Of a stretch of 64,000 bases of DNA, positions 28,891 to 39,006 are shown piece after piece. The notes below the pieces were generated by a model, which searched no databases, was not told where the DNA came from, and saw nothing but the letters and a program-made list of their open reading frames with translations. The DNA comes from Terracidiphilus sp. (GTDB lineage Bacteria; Acidobacteriota; Terriglobia; Terriglobales; Acidobacteriaceae). Positions within the stretch are counted from its first letter, which is position 1, and each line of letters starts with the position of its first letter. The DNA is taken from positions 82,858-146,857 of the forward strand of contig JBEKUB010000005.1 of NCBI GenBank assembly GCA_049515455.1, read 5' to 3'. A program made the position numbers and the translations under genes.

Positions 28891-30453
28891 TCAGTGCTTG
28901 CCGTACATCTCCATCGCATCCTTGCGCAGTTCCGCTCGGCTCTCCGCGCGCGTATAGAACATATGCCCGCCTGGATACTCATGCACTGAGACCCGCGTAG
29001 GATCGCCCATCACCGGCATCTGATCCACAATCAGGATCGAGCCCATAAACGGGCAGGAGAGATCGTTCCATCCATGCACGATCATCACCCTCAGTTTGGG
29101 GTCGGCGGCCACGGCCTCACGCAAATCCGGCACCGAGCCCTTGCGCAAATCTTCGCCGCGATCCCAAAGCCGATTCACTTCTCCTGAGAGCGCGTTATAG
29201 CGCGCATCCACCTTCCAACCCACCGTGCGCGTGACAAAATCCACCATCGCCGTGGTCATGGGAGCAATCATGGCGGCCAGAATCGGATCGTTCGCCCTCT
29301 GCTCAGGCGAAAACGGAAATGGATCGAAAGAGGTCACGTTGGAGTCGTACACCGAGCCCAGCTTGCCCTGCTCGCGGAAGACCTCGCGCAGATACGCACC
29401 CGTCTCCAACCGCCCGCCTGAGTACTTCACAAAGGCCGGGTCCAGCCCGCTAAGCTCAGTCACACGCTGAATCATCTTCTGCGAGGCATCCGGATCGGAT
29501 CGCCCTTTGAGCAGCGTGGTCGCGTATTCCCCGCGCGTATACGCAATCACATCAGCCATCGCTTGCTGCGTGAGCTTGTTTTCGCGCTCCAGGTGCGCCG
29601 CGGTAATCGAGGGCAACGTCAGCATCCACGGCAGCGGCGATAGATCACTGTCTTCCCGGTTCGACGGATTCAGATAGGGCGACACCAGCACCACCCCATT
29701 CATGGCCACACCCAGTTGCGACTGCAGGTAGTGCGTCACCCGCGGCCCGCGAAATCCCCCATAACTCTCGCCCACCAGGTACTTCTTCGATCCCAGCCGG
29801 TCGTTCTTAACCAGCCAGTCGTAGATAATGCGCGAAAGATACTCAATATCAGGGGTAGTGGAGTAGAAGAGCTTCTTGGCGTCGGCCTCCGGCACTTCGG
29901 CCCGGCTAAAGCCCGTACCCACGGGATCAATAAAAACCAGGTCAGTAAAATCCAGCCAGGTCCCAGGATTGTCGGTCAGCACCGCAGGGTCCGACGGACT
30001 GTCGCCTTCGTTGCCGGCCTGCAAGTGCTTGGGTCCGATAGCGCCAAAGTTCAAATAGACTGAAGCAGCGCCCGGTCCGCCATTCATGGCAAAGGTCACC
30101 GGCCGATTCTCACCCTCGACGGTATAGGCGGTCAGAACCACCTCGCCGGCTGTCTTGCCGTCCTTATCGCGCACCGGCAACGCGCCCACCGTGACGGTAT
30201 AGTGCAGCGTCTTGCCGTTAATCTCCATTGATTGCTGCACGTACGCTGGAGCAGGCAGCGGGGGCAGCGCGGACTTGTCAGCGGCCGCCTTATCAGTTCC
30301 CGCGGTCTTGTCAGCAGTCGCGGATTTGTCAGCGGCCGCCGGTTCCTTCTCTGCCTGCGCCCGAGCTTGCGCGGCAAAAATTCCGACGCAGAAAATCGCG
30401 CACAAGGCCGGGGCCAAGTGCCTTAAAGAGAGCTGAATCCGAGCAATCCTCAT
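28891..30453 (-). CDS. Serine carboxypeptidase, family S10
   Basis: NGGPG, FIDPVGTGFS, GESYGG, DLSCP, GGHMFY; signal peptide. Confidence 0.9.
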   Translation of the reverse strand: MRIARIQLSLRHLAPALCAIFCVGIFAAQARAQAEKEPAAADKSATADKTAGTDKAAADKSALPPLPAPAYVQQSMEINGKTLHYTVTVGALPVRDKDGKTAGEVVLTAYTVEGENRPVTFAMNGGPGAASVYLNFGAIGPKHLQAGNEGDSPSDPAVLTDNPGTWLDFTDLVFIDPVGTGFSRAEVPEADAKKLFYSTTPDIEYLSRIIYDWLVKNDRLGSKKYLVGESYGGFRGPRVTHYLQSQLGVAMNGVVLVSPYLNPSNREDSDLSPLPWMLTLPSITAAHLERENKLTQQAMADVIAYTRGEYATTLLKGRSDPDASQKMIQRVTELSGLDPAFVKYSGGRLETGAYLREVFREQGKLGSVYDSNVTSFDPFPFSPEQRANDPILAAMIAPMTTAMVDFVTRTVGWKVDARYNALSGEVNRLWDRGEDLRKGSVPDLREAVAADPKLRVMIVHGWNDLSCPFMGSILIVDQMPVMGDPTRVSVHEYPGGHMFYTRAESRAELRKDAMEMYGKH

Positions 30454-30481
30454 TCCGATAAGATACTACCTTCAGATGACG

Positions 30482-30522
30482 CTCTCCACCCCAGCGACCA
30501 GGACCTGTCGCTGGGGACCCCG
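30482..30522. repeat. REP-like hairpin, family B
   Basis: CCCCAGCGAC-loop-GTCGCTGGGG; its reverse complement aligns with 56901-56940. Confidence 0.75.
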
Positions 30523-30568
30523 GGGCTCTGGCACCCTACCCGTCCTTTGATTTACCCTCAAACACGTT

Positions 30569-31219
30569 ATGAAACTCCAACCTATTCTTCTCTATTCTGC
30601 CCTGGCCGTGGCCGTTGCCGCGTTTGCCTTTGCCCAAACCTCCAACCTGCCCGACTCGCCCGGCGCCACTGCTACGAATCTTCCCAATGGCCCCACCGTC
30701 ATTATGGATACCTCCATGGGCCCCATCACCTGCCAGTTCTATCAGCGGCAAGCGCCCAAGGCTGTGGCCAACTTCATCGCCCTGGCTGAAGGCACAAAAG
30801 ACTGGACTGACCCGGCCACCAGGACCGTGCAGCATCACAAGACTTTCTTCAACGGCACCACATTCCATCGCGTGATTCCCAACTTCATGATCCAGGGCGG
30901 CGACCCTACCGGAACCGGCATGGGAGATCCCGGCTACAAATTCGCGGATGAGTTCGATGCCAATCTAAACTTTGACAGGCCGGGCAAACTGGCCATGGCC
31001 AACTCCGGCCCCAACACGAACGGCAGCCAATTCTTTATCACCGAGGTACCCACTCCGTTTCTCAACCAGCACTACACGCTCTTCGGCCAGTGCGACGACG
31101 CCAGCGTCGAGGTGGTTAAGGCCATCGCCCGCGTTCCCCGCAACAGCAGCGACAAGCCGAACACTCCGGTGGTGCTCAAGAAGGTCACCATCGTCCGCAA
31201 CGGCCAGCCCAAACAATAA
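30569..31219 (+). CDS. Cyclophilin-type peptidyl-prolyl isomerase with signal peptide
   Basis: FHRVIPNFMIQGGDP, AMANSGPNTNGSQFFI. Confidence 0.95.
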   Translation: MKLQPILLYSALAVAVAAFAFAQTSNLPDSPGATATNLPNGPTVIMDTSMGPITCQFYQRQAPKAVANFIALAEGTKDWTDPATRTVQHHKTFFNGTTFHRVIPNFMIQGGDPTGTGMGDPGYKFADEFDANLNFDRPGKLAMANSGPNTNGSQFFITEVPTPFLNQHYTLFGQCDDASVEVVKAIARVPRNSSDKPNTPVVLKKVTIVRNGQPKQ

Positions 31220-31247
31220 TTCCGACTTAACAAATCAGAATGTCCCC

Positions 31248-31290
31248 GGGTGCCCCAGGTCTCGCTTTTGAGACCTGGGAATCCACAAAC
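31248..31290. repeat. REP-like hairpin, family A
   Basis: GGGTG-CCCAGGTCTC-gctttt-GAGACCTGGG-aatccacaaac; related copies at 39947, 56887, 62947. Confidence 0.85.
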
Positions 31291-31313
31291 CCCAATCGAA
31301 CACAGGAGCATCC

Positions 31314-31844
31314 ATGGCACTCGCAGCAGGAACCTACGCCGTCTTATCCACCACCGAAGGCAAGATCACCGTCCGCCTCTTTGAGGCCGAAGCGCCCATC
31401 ACCGTAAAGAATTTTATCGAACTGGCCGAGGGCGCCAAAGAGTGGACCCACCCCACCAGCCGCGCAAAATCCAGCGAAAAGCTCTACGACGGCACCATCT
31501 TCCACCGCGTCATTCCCGACTTCATGATCCAGGGCGGCGATCCGGCCGGCAATGGTATGGGAGGCCCCGGCTATCGCTTCGCAGATGAAGCCAAGGGCTC
31601 ACCGCACAAGTTCGACAAGCCCGGCAAGCTGGCCATGGCCAACTCCGGCCCCAATACCAACGGCAGTCAGTTCTTCATCACCGTCGCTCCCACTGACTGG
31701 CTCACCGGCAAGCACACCATCTTCGGCGAAGTGGTCGAAGGCATGGATATTGTAAAAAAAATCTCCCTCGTCTCTCGCAACTCGCTCGACAAACCCCACA
31801 AGCCCGTAGTGCTTGAGTCGGTTGTGATCGAGCGCGTTGCCTAA
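31314..31844 (+). CDS. Cytoplasmic cyclophilin-type peptidyl-prolyl isomerase
   Basis: FHRVIPDFMIQGGDP, AMANSGPNTNGSQFFIT, HTIFGEV; AGGAG RBS. Confidence 0.95.
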   Translation: MALAAGTYAVLSTTEGKITVRLFEAEAPITVKNFIELAEGAKEWTHPTSRAKSSEKLYDGTIFHRVIPDFMIQGGDPAGNGMGGPGYRFADEAKGSPHKFDKPGKLAMANSGPNTNGSQFFITVAPTDWLTGKHTIFGEVVEGMDIVKKISLVSRNSLDKPHKPVVLESVVIERVA

Positions 31845-31869
31845 GGAAGCTCAGATCAAATTGCAGTTT

Positions 31870-32008
31870 TGAAAGGGCGCGACCTGGCACACACTGGGTC
31901 GCGTGCCGCATGCGCAACAAGACAATTGTGGGCTTTAGCTGTAAGGTTTCAACACGTTGTTTACTCTTTCAGGCGTTGTTTTGAAAGGGCACGGCTTCAG
32001 CCGCGCCG
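31870..32008. repeat. Two REP-like elements, family D
   Basis: GAAAGGGCGCGACC..GGTCGCGTGCC then GGGCTTTAG, and TTGAAAGGGCACGGCTTCAGCCGCGCC. Confidence 0.7.
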
Positions 32009-32208
32009 ATGAACGCCCCACGGTGCCTTGAAGGCCAAAACGCTTTTGAGGCTCGGGCAAGAGGAGAGCAAAGCAAGCTGTTCAGGGTTGTTTTTTGGCA
32101 TTAAAGCGAAAATCCCGCAATCTTATTCCCATCGCGGGTCGGATTGCGGGTTGAACTTTATCCTACTACTGATGTCACATCCATAAACCACTAATTCCTA
32201 TTGGTTTA

Positions 32209-32285
<77 letters not shown>

Positions 32286-32535
32286 GGATGTACTCGATAC
32301 TTTAATCACTATCGCAAGCCAATGAAACTGTATCCCCAACAGCAGGAAACGTCAGTTTTCATCTGCTCACCGTTCTCAGCCGTATCCAAATCCGGCTGAG
32401 AGACTTTTATTTGTGGCCCATGAAAGAGTGTATCAGAAGCATCGAGACTTCGGGCCGGTCCTGACCAGTTTACGTTCTCTTGTTTTCAAAAAATCTGCGG
32501 CGTGCAGCAACAAGTTCCATCCGGTTTGAAGACCC

Positions 32536-33348
32536 CTACGCCGACCAGGTAGCGCTCCTGCCACGCCCAAGTGAGCTGTACCCCATATCCGCCGAAATGC
32601 CCCTTACACACTGCAGGAGATGATTCGCGATCGAAGGTAGCTTCTGCGCCGTCACCCGAAACGACGGACCGGAAACGCTTACCGCCGCCACCGGCAGGCG
32701 TTGCGCATCCAGCAGCGGCACTGCGATGCAGCGCAACCCTTCTTCGTACTCCTCGTCGTCCACAGCGTAACCACGGCGGCGAGTCTTCTCCATCTCCGTG
32801 CGCAGCGCCTCGGGAGTAGTGATCGTATGGTTGGTGAAACGCTCAAAGCGCAGGCGTCCCACAATATCCGTAGCCCGCTCCTCAGGCAAAAAAGCCAGAA
32901 TCGCCTTTCCCACCGAGGTGCAATGCACCGGGTTACTGGCACCGATCCGCGTGATCATGCGAACCGAGCGAGCTGGCTCGATCTTGTCGATATAGATGAC
33001 GCGCGCGGCTTCCAAGATGCACAGGTGCGCCGTCTCCTCGGTCTCCGCAACCAGGCGGCGAAGGTGGGGCTGAGCGCGGTCGCGCAGATCGTATTGCTCG
33101 ATTGCCCGATTGCCAAAGTCGAATAGTCGCAGCCCCAGCCGGAACTTGCCCGCACCGGTGCGTTCTACCATCCGATGACGCTCCAGTACCATCAGAAATC
33201 GGTGCGCGGTACTCTTGTGCAGTTGCAGAGACGACGCAACCTGCGCCAATCCCAGCGGCGTATCGCTTTCTCCAAGCAGATCAAGTACAGCAAACGCCCG
33301 ATCCAGGGCCTGAACTTTATAGCTTCCTTGCGGGGCTGTGTCTCGCAT
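32536..33348 (-). CDS. IclR family transcriptional regulator
   Basis: HTH LHKSTAHRFL; HCTSVGKAILA, GYAVDDEE, GLRCIAVP. Confidence 0.93.
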   Translation of the reverse strand: MRDTAPQGSYKVQALDRAFAVLDLLGESDTPLGLAQVASSLQLHKSTAHRFLMVLERHRMVERTGAGKFRLGLRLFDFGNRAIEQYDLRDRAQPHLRRLVAETEETAHLCILEAARVIYIDKIEPARSVRMITRIGASNPVHCTSVGKAILAFLPEERATDIVGRLRFERFTNHTITTPEALRTEMEKTRRRGYAVDDEEYEEGLRCIAVPLLDAQRLPVAAVSVSGPSFRVTAQKLPSIANHLLQCVRGISADMGYSSLGRGRSATWSA

Positions 33349-33572
33349 ATTGGTCCTTTATTCCGCTTCGTGGCTCATATCCCAGTTTGAAGGGAATGGG
33401 ACTTCATGTCAAGCTCTGATACCTGATTTCTCGCTGCGGGACACAAACACGGCCTGACGCTATCCAAGCCATGATCCCGAAACTGTTCCCCATCAAAGCG
33501 TTGACGAATTGTCTATCTCCTGCGACAAATGAAGGTACGCGGGCAAAATACTGAAACGGATAGGAAACACGT

Positions 33573-34334
33573 ATGCGTCAGGCAAAATTGGCATTTGCGC
33601 TTCTGGCGCTTTCGGCCACTGGCCTTTGGGCTCAGAATGCAACTTCCCTCTTTCAGCAGGTTCACCAGGCATCTGACAACGATGGCGTTTACTATACGGG
33701 CCCCGAAGTCACCGCGCCCAAAATGGTAAGCACCTTCTCGGTCCCGTACCCATCCGATGGATCGGATAAAGGAGCTCAGGGCATGACCGTGCTTGCCATG
33801 GTCATTGGCGCCGACGGCGTCCCCGCGAACATTCAGATTGTGCACACTCATGGCGACTCCTATGATCAGGCCTCCATCGCGGCTGTGAAGCAGTCAAGCT
33901 TCGAGCCCGGCAAGCTGGGATCGAAGCCCGTCCCCGTCTGGATTGATGTACGGGTAGTCTTCCACGCCGACCGCAGCCAGGCCGTTCCCCAGATCCTCAT
34001 CGCCGAGCGTGATTTGCCTCCTCCCGATCAATCAAAGTTGGAGGACAAACATCACAACCCTCGCTCCTACACGCCTCCCTACCCCATCCACACCGTAGAT
34101 GCGGATTTCGTAGATCCGTTTGCCGTCCACCCCTATGTGCAGATCGCCGTGGTCTCGGTGTTGGTAGGCGTTGACGGTCTGCCCAAAGAAGTTCGCATCC
34201 GCCGCGGTCTCGGCTTTGGAATGGATCAGAAGGCAGTCGCAGCAGTCCAGCACTACAGGTTTCTGCCCGCTACCAGCAAGGGCAAACCTATTGAGGCGCG
34301 CAGAGAGATCCAGGTCCCCTTTGTCAAGTTTTGA
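33573..34334 (+). CDS. Exported protein with two TonB C-terminal domains
   Basis: Signal peptide; two repeats of the V.VLIG.DG.P...I..G.G..D..A..AV.Q..F.P..G.P pattern. Confidence 0.8.
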   Translation: MRQAKLAFALLALSATGLWAQNATSLFQQVHQASDNDGVYYTGPEVTAPKMVSTFSVPYPSDGSDKGAQGMTVLAMVIGADGVPANIQIVHTHGDSYDQASIAAVKQSSFEPGKLGSKPVPVWIDVRVVFHADRSQAVPQILIAERDLPPPDQSKLEDKHHNPRSYTPPYPIHTVDADFVDPFAVHPYVQIAVVSVLVGVDGLPKEVRIRRGLGFGMDQKAVAAVQHYRFLPATSKGKPIEARREIQVPFVKF

Positions 34335-34351
34335 TTTCGAGGAATGCCCGA

Positions 34352-36253
34352 TCAGGCTTCAGACTCCGTCTCCACCACGTCCCCTTCGCCCGGCGCAAGA
34401 AACAGATTCGCTTCCAGCCCATGCTGGCGCGTATAGAGGTCGTAGTAGCGCCCGCCCATCGCGAACAGTTCCGCGTGAGTGCCGCGCTCCACGATAAGCC
34501 CCTGCTCCACCACTAAAATCTGATCGGCGCGGCGGATGGTCGAGAGCCGGTGGGCAATCACAAACGTCGTCCGTCCCTGCATGAGTTGGACCAGCCCCGC
34601 CTGAATCATGGATTCAGACTCTGAATCGAGTGAACTCGTAGCCTCATCAAGGATCAGAATGCGTGGCTCGGCCAGCAGCGCACGCGCAATCGAGAGTCGT
34701 TGCCGCTGCCCTCCTGAGAGCTTCACGCCCCGCTCGCCCACAATCGTGTCGTATGCATCCGGATAGCGCTCGGCAAACTCATCCACGCGCGCCGTGCGGC
34801 AGGCAGAAAGGAACTGTTCCTCGCTGGCATCCGGCCGCGAAAACATGATGTTCTCCCGAATCGTCCCGTCAAACAGAAACGATTCCTGCAGCACCACGCC
34901 CAACTGCGAACGGTAGGTATTCAGATCAACATGTGCAAGATCAATATCGTCCACCAGCACGCGTCCCCTGGTCGGCGTGTGAAATGCGCACAGCAGGCTG
35001 ATGATCGTTGACTTCCCCGATCCCGACGATCCCACCAGCGCGCTCACCGTTCCCGGCTGGGCAAGAAAACTAATACCGTGCAGTACCGGTTTGTCAGCCT
35101 CGTAGGCAAACTCCACATCGTCGAAGCGGACCCTGCCCTGGATAGGCGGCATCTTCACCGTGCGCTCGGGGCTCTTGTTTTCCTCAAGCTCCGACATAAT
35201 CTCATTCGTGCGGTCCAGTCCCGCGAAAGCCTCTGTCAACTGTGTCCCGATATTCACGATCTGAAAGACAGGCGCGATCATCAAAGCAAGAAACATGTTG
35301 TATTGAAAATACGAACCTACCGTCCAGGTGTTGTTTAACACCAGATGGCCGCCTAGCCACATCACCAAAGCAGACACAATGCCCAGTACCGTCGTGGAAG
35401 CGGAGCCAAGCACGCTGGTCATGGTCAACGACTTCATCACATTGGCTAGCAGCCTGTCCACGCCGACGCCAAAAACCCGGGACTCGCGTTCCTCTGCGTG
35501 ATAACCTTTGATGACCCGCACGCCGCCTAGTGACTCTGTAAGCCTCCCTGTAACTTCGGCGTTGATCTTACCCCGTTCGCGGAAGATGGGGCGAATCCTC
35601 TTGAAGCCAAATTGCAGCACAAAAACAAATACACCAACCACGGCAAAGACAGTGAGCGTGACCGTAGCGCTGCGATGGAGCAAAAAGAAGAAAACCATAA
35701 AAGCAGTCAGCATGCCGCCCACAAAATCTACCAGCCCGGTGCCCACCAGGTTACGCACGCCTTCCACATCGGTCATAATTCGCGCCACCAGTGTGCCGGT
35801 GCGGTTCTGATCATAGTAGGCGACGGACAACAGCCCCACGTGCCGCTGCACCTGCCGCCGCATTTCGGCAATCAGCCGCTGGCCCTCCTTCGAGAGCAAT
35901 TGCGTGAGAGAGAAAGAGGTGATGGCCTGCAGAATCGTAGCCAAAAGAACAATCGCAATGATGCGGGGCAGCAGATCGGCACGTGGATGTTGCGGAGAAA
36001 GTACCGTGTCCAGAAGCGGCTTAGAAATAAGAGGCAATATCAAGCCTGCAAGGCGGTTGATCGCCATCAGGAACAGCCCGATCAACAGCAGCCCTTTACG
36101 TGGCGCCACCAGCGACCACACCTGCGGCCACAGTTTTTTCAAATCCGGTTTGCGCTTGGGAAGATCCGTTTGCCCCGCTCGCGCACCGCGCCCCTGCGGC
36201 GTGCGCTCGGCGCGCATACCCATCCCCATTCCACCGCCGCGAAAGCCTCCCAA
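34352..36253 (-). CDS. ABC exporter, fused permease/ATP-binding (MsbA-like)
   Basis: TM domain plus GSSGSGKST, LSGGQRQR, ILDEATS, IAHRLST. Confidence 0.95.
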   Translation of the reverse strand: MGGFRGGGMGMGMRAERTPQGRGARAGQTDLPKRKPDLKKLWPQVWSLVAPRKGLLLIGLFLMAINRLAGLILPLISKPLLDTVLSPQHPRADLLPRIIAIVLLATILQAITSFSLTQLLSKEGQRLIAEMRRQVQRHVGLLSVAYYDQNRTGTLVARIMTDVEGVRNLVGTGLVDFVGGMLTAFMVFFFLLHRSATVTLTVFAVVGVFVFVLQFGFKRIRPIFRERGKINAEVTGRLTESLGGVRVIKGYHAEERESRVFGVGVDRLLANVMKSLTMTSVLGSASTTVLGIVSALVMWLGGHLVLNNTWTVGSYFQYNMFLALMIAPVFQIVNIGTQLTEAFAGLDRTNEIMSELEENKSPERTVKMPPIQGRVRFDDVEFAYEADKPVLHGISFLAQPGTVSALVGSSGSGKSTIISLLCAFHTPTRGRVLVDDIDLAHVDLNTYRSQLGVVLQESFLFDGTIRENIMFSRPDASEEQFLSACRTARVDEFAERYPDAYDTIVGERGVKLSGGQRQRLSIARALLAEPRILILDEATSSLDSESESMIQAGLVQLMQGRTTFVIAHRLSTIRRADQILVVEQGLIVERGTHAELFAMGGRYYDLYTRQHGLEANLFLAPGEGDVVETESEA

Positions 36254-36256
36254 GCT

Positions 36257-36637
36257 CTAGACCTTCCCCGTTCGTCGCGCGGCAACAAACGACCGAACGC
36301 ACAAGAGAATGTAAATAATTAAAATCAGAGCCAACGATTGCTTTGAGTACATCGCGATAGGGTCCGCCGACTTGCCCACCGCATGCGCGGCCATGACGCT
36401 GCGAGTGATTTCAACGCACGTGCCGATCCAACCCAGCAGCGCAATCGTCACATTGATGTGCATGAACACTTTGCGCCGGCGTTCGTCGGGACTGATCGCC
36501 AAAAATCCGAAGATCCCCAGTGCCAGCCCGATCCATGTAGGAATCAGAGCTGTCGGATGCACACTGCCCGTGCTGATGTATCCAAGCAGACCCAACGCAA
36601 CCAGGAGAAGCGCAAATATCAGTGATATCTTTGCCAT
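36257..36637 (-). CDS. Small 4-TM membrane protein
   Basis: Hydrophobic 126 aa, GGAGG RBS, ends 3 bp before the ABC start. Confidence 0.75.
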   Translation of the reverse strand: MAKISLIFALLLVALGLLGYISTGSVHPTALIPTWIGLALGIFGFLAISPDERRRKVFMHINVTIALLGWIGTCVEITRSVMAAHAVGKSADPIAMYSKQSLALILIIYILLCVRSFVAARRTGKV

Positions 36638-36729
36638 GCGAGACCTCCGTCTCTGCTTATGGCAAGGATATCAGGTGCCCGCACCCGCATCCCCATGCTG
36701 CGCGCCGGCGTCGTTCACTGTTCGAAATC

Positions 36730-37557
36730 CTATTTTTTCGTTATCTGGTAGTTAGAAAAAGTAAGCTTCACCGCAAACGGTGTGCCGCCGTAAGTTCCGC
36801 TCAGGTTCAGCGTCTTGGGCACTTGCAACCCCTGCACCTGCTGGTACTCCATATTCACCGTCAGAACCGTCTTTTCAGCCGCATTCTGCGAAGTATAAGT
36901 TGCGTCGTATGCGGTAAGAACATAGCCCGACCTGTCCTTATTGAAGGTTGGCTGGATCGCGCTGTCGTAGTCTTTTGTCGTCACCTGCAAGTTAGTGATG
37001 GAGTAGTCGTGGCCCATGGAGGTGGCAACATCGGCGCCGCTCTCCTTATAGGTGAGCCGGTAACGCTGCCCGAGGTTTTCCACTTGATAGTCGCTGTCGA
37101 CAGCCGGGAACGGCGTGTTCAGCATGAACAGCTTCCACGTATCGAAGAAACCTGAAGTCATCTGTTCCATGCCGCCGTAAATCTGGCTCAGAGCGTTCAT
37201 CATCTCCTGGCTCTGCCCGGTGAGCTCATTGTGAGAGAGCTTGACGCTGTCGTCGGCAGCTAGATTCACAGTAAAGCGCAGTTGATTCAGCAACTGAATC
37301 GCGGTATCGGCAGCCGCCGGATTCTGTTTGCGCTGATCCTGCAACAGCAAATTCCAGTCCGGCGTTATATCGCACTGGTAGCTAACCAGCCCCTGGTTAC
37401 GCAGATTGTAATAGGACTTAGTGGCCGCCCCAAGAACGTTTTTCCGATTGGTTACCCCAAAAGTTGGTTTGGTCGTTTGTGCTTGAGCAACAGCACAAAC
37501 AACAGCACAGCAAAGAAGGATGGGAATACACTTCCGTTGTACAGATGCTCTTGTCAT
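36730..37557 (-). CDS. Exported hypothetical protein
   Basis: Signal-peptide-like N-terminus (AVAQA|Q), beta-rich Thr/Tyr/Gln composition. Confidence 0.7.
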   Translation of the reverse strand: MTRASVQRKCIPILLCCAVVCAVAQAQTTKPTFGVTNRKNVLGAATKSYYNLRNQGLVSYQCDITPDWNLLLQDQRKQNPAAADTAIQLLNQLRFTVNLAADDSVKLSHNELTGQSQEMMNALSQIYGGMEQMTSGFFDTWKLFMLNTPFPAVDSDYQVENLGQRYRLTYKESGADVATSMGHDYSITNLQVTTKDYDSAIQPTFNKDRSGYVLTAYDATYTSQNAAEKTVLTVNMEYQQVQGLQVPKTLNLSGTYGGTPFAVKLTFSNYQITKK

Positions 37558-37696
37558 CAGGGGCGAACCTCTGCTCTGCGAAGATGCACCAGCATAGCAC
37601 AACTGAAAAACTGGTGTAACACGGCGGCCCGCCTTAAAATCACGGGTCGCCTGGCCAATGCATCGCAATCAATCAAAGATTCGCTAATCGCTGTGC

Positions 37697-38779
37697 CTAC
37701 CGCTGGATCCGCGCCGATCCGCCTTTGGCAAAAGCCCGCACCTGATCCACAGTGGCCATGGTCGTGTCGCCCGGATAGGTCGTCAGCAGTGCGCCATGCG
37801 CCCAACCCAGCTTCACCGCTTCCTCCGGCGATTCCCCGTTCAGCAGCCCATAAATAAAACCGGCCGCAAAGCCATCCCCCCCGCCTACGCGATCCACCAC
37901 GTCCAGCTCAGCCGTCGGCGCGGTATACGTCTTTCCATCCACCCAAGCAACCGCGCTCCAGCTGTGATGGTTCGTGGAGTGGACCTCGCGCAGCGTAGTC
38001 GCCACGACTTTCGCTTGCGGAAGCTTCTTCACCACCTGGTCGATCATGCCGAAAAATACGCTGGGATCCAGTTTCGATTTGGCCTTAAGCTCCGGTCCCG
38101 GAATGCCCAGCCCCATCTGCAGATCCTCTTCGTTACCCACCAGCACATCCACGTTCTCCACAATCTTGCCAATAGTTTCAATAGCCTCGGTATTGCCGCC
38201 CTGAATGTTCCACAGCTTTTCGCGGTAATTCAGATCGTACGAAGTCACCGCCCCCGCAGCCTTGGCTTCTTTCATCATCTCCGCGGCCAGCGCGGCCGTA
38301 GTAGGCGAGAGCGATGCGAAAAGTCCGCCGCAGTGCACCCAGCGAACGCCCCCGGCAAAGATCGCCTTCCAGTCAAAATCCCCCGGCTTCAGTTGCGCTC
38401 CCGCTTCATTGCAACGGTTATAGAAAACGACGGGAGGCCGCACGCCGTGCCCGCGGTCGCTATACACCGCCGCCATATTCGGCCCGGTCACGCCGTTGTG
38501 TTTGAAGTGCTTGTAGATCGGCTTCACGCCCATGGCGCGAACTCGCTCGGCGATCAGATCTCCAATGGGATAGTCAACCATGGCCGAGACGATTGCCGTC
38601 CTCATTCCAAAGCAGTCCGAGAGGTTGGCAGACACATTAAACTCGCCGCCGCTGACGTGAATTTTGCACTCTGTCGCCTTCCGGAACGGAATAATCCCCG
38701 GATCAAGCCTGTGCACCAACGCTCCCAACGACAGAAAATCCAGCTCGCCATCCTTGCGGATATTCAAACCATCACTCAT
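37697..38779 (-). CDS. kdgK: PfkB sugar kinase, 2-keto-3-deoxygluconate kinase-like
   Basis: GGEFNV, SYDLNYRE.LW, DRVGGGDGFAAG. Confidence 0.85.
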   Translation of the reverse strand: MSDGLNIRKDGELDFLSLGALVHRLDPGIIPFRKATECKIHVSGGEFNVSANLSDCFGMRTAIVSAMVDYPIGDLIAERVRAMGVKPIYKHFKHNGVTGPNMAAVYSDRGHGVRPPVVFYNRCNEAGAQLKPGDFDWKAIFAGGVRWVHCGGLFASLSPTTAALAAEMMKEAKAAGAVTSYDLNYREKLWNIQGGNTEAIETIGKIVENVDVLVGNEEDLQMGLGIPGPELKAKSKLDPSVFFGMIDQVVKKLPQAKVVATTLREVHSTNHHSWSAVAWVDGKTYTAPTAELDVVDRVGGGDGFAAGFIYGLLNGESPEEAVKLGWAHGALLTTYPGDTTMATVDQVRAFAKGGSARIQR

Positions 38780-38891
38780 CGGCAGTTATCCTCGTCCTCT
38801 ATAGAAATTGAAATGAAAGAAATTCGAAGCTCGAACTATCTCACTATTTATCTTACCGCGCTCAGACCGCCTGTCGGCCCCGGCAAGCATC

Positions 38892-38941
38892 GGTAGCGCT
38901 GGCCTCCTGGCCGGCTGTAGCGTGGACCCCCGGTCCACGCT
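38892..38941. repeat. GC-rich double hairpin upstream of kdgK
   Basis: GCTGGCC-tcct-GGCCGGC followed by perfect AGCGTGGACC-ccc-GGTCCACGCT. Confidence 0.5.
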
Positions 38942-39006
38942 CAATCTACGCCTTCAGGAGAACACTAATCTATCCCCAGTGAAAGCGATCCTTTCAAGCT
39001 GGTCTA

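Noticed and set aside
32100-32208. att site or island at the tRNA-Asp 3' end
   Set aside because: Only local hairpins and family D elements follow; no integrase or tRNA-end duplicate was found, and core cyclophilins are adjacent.
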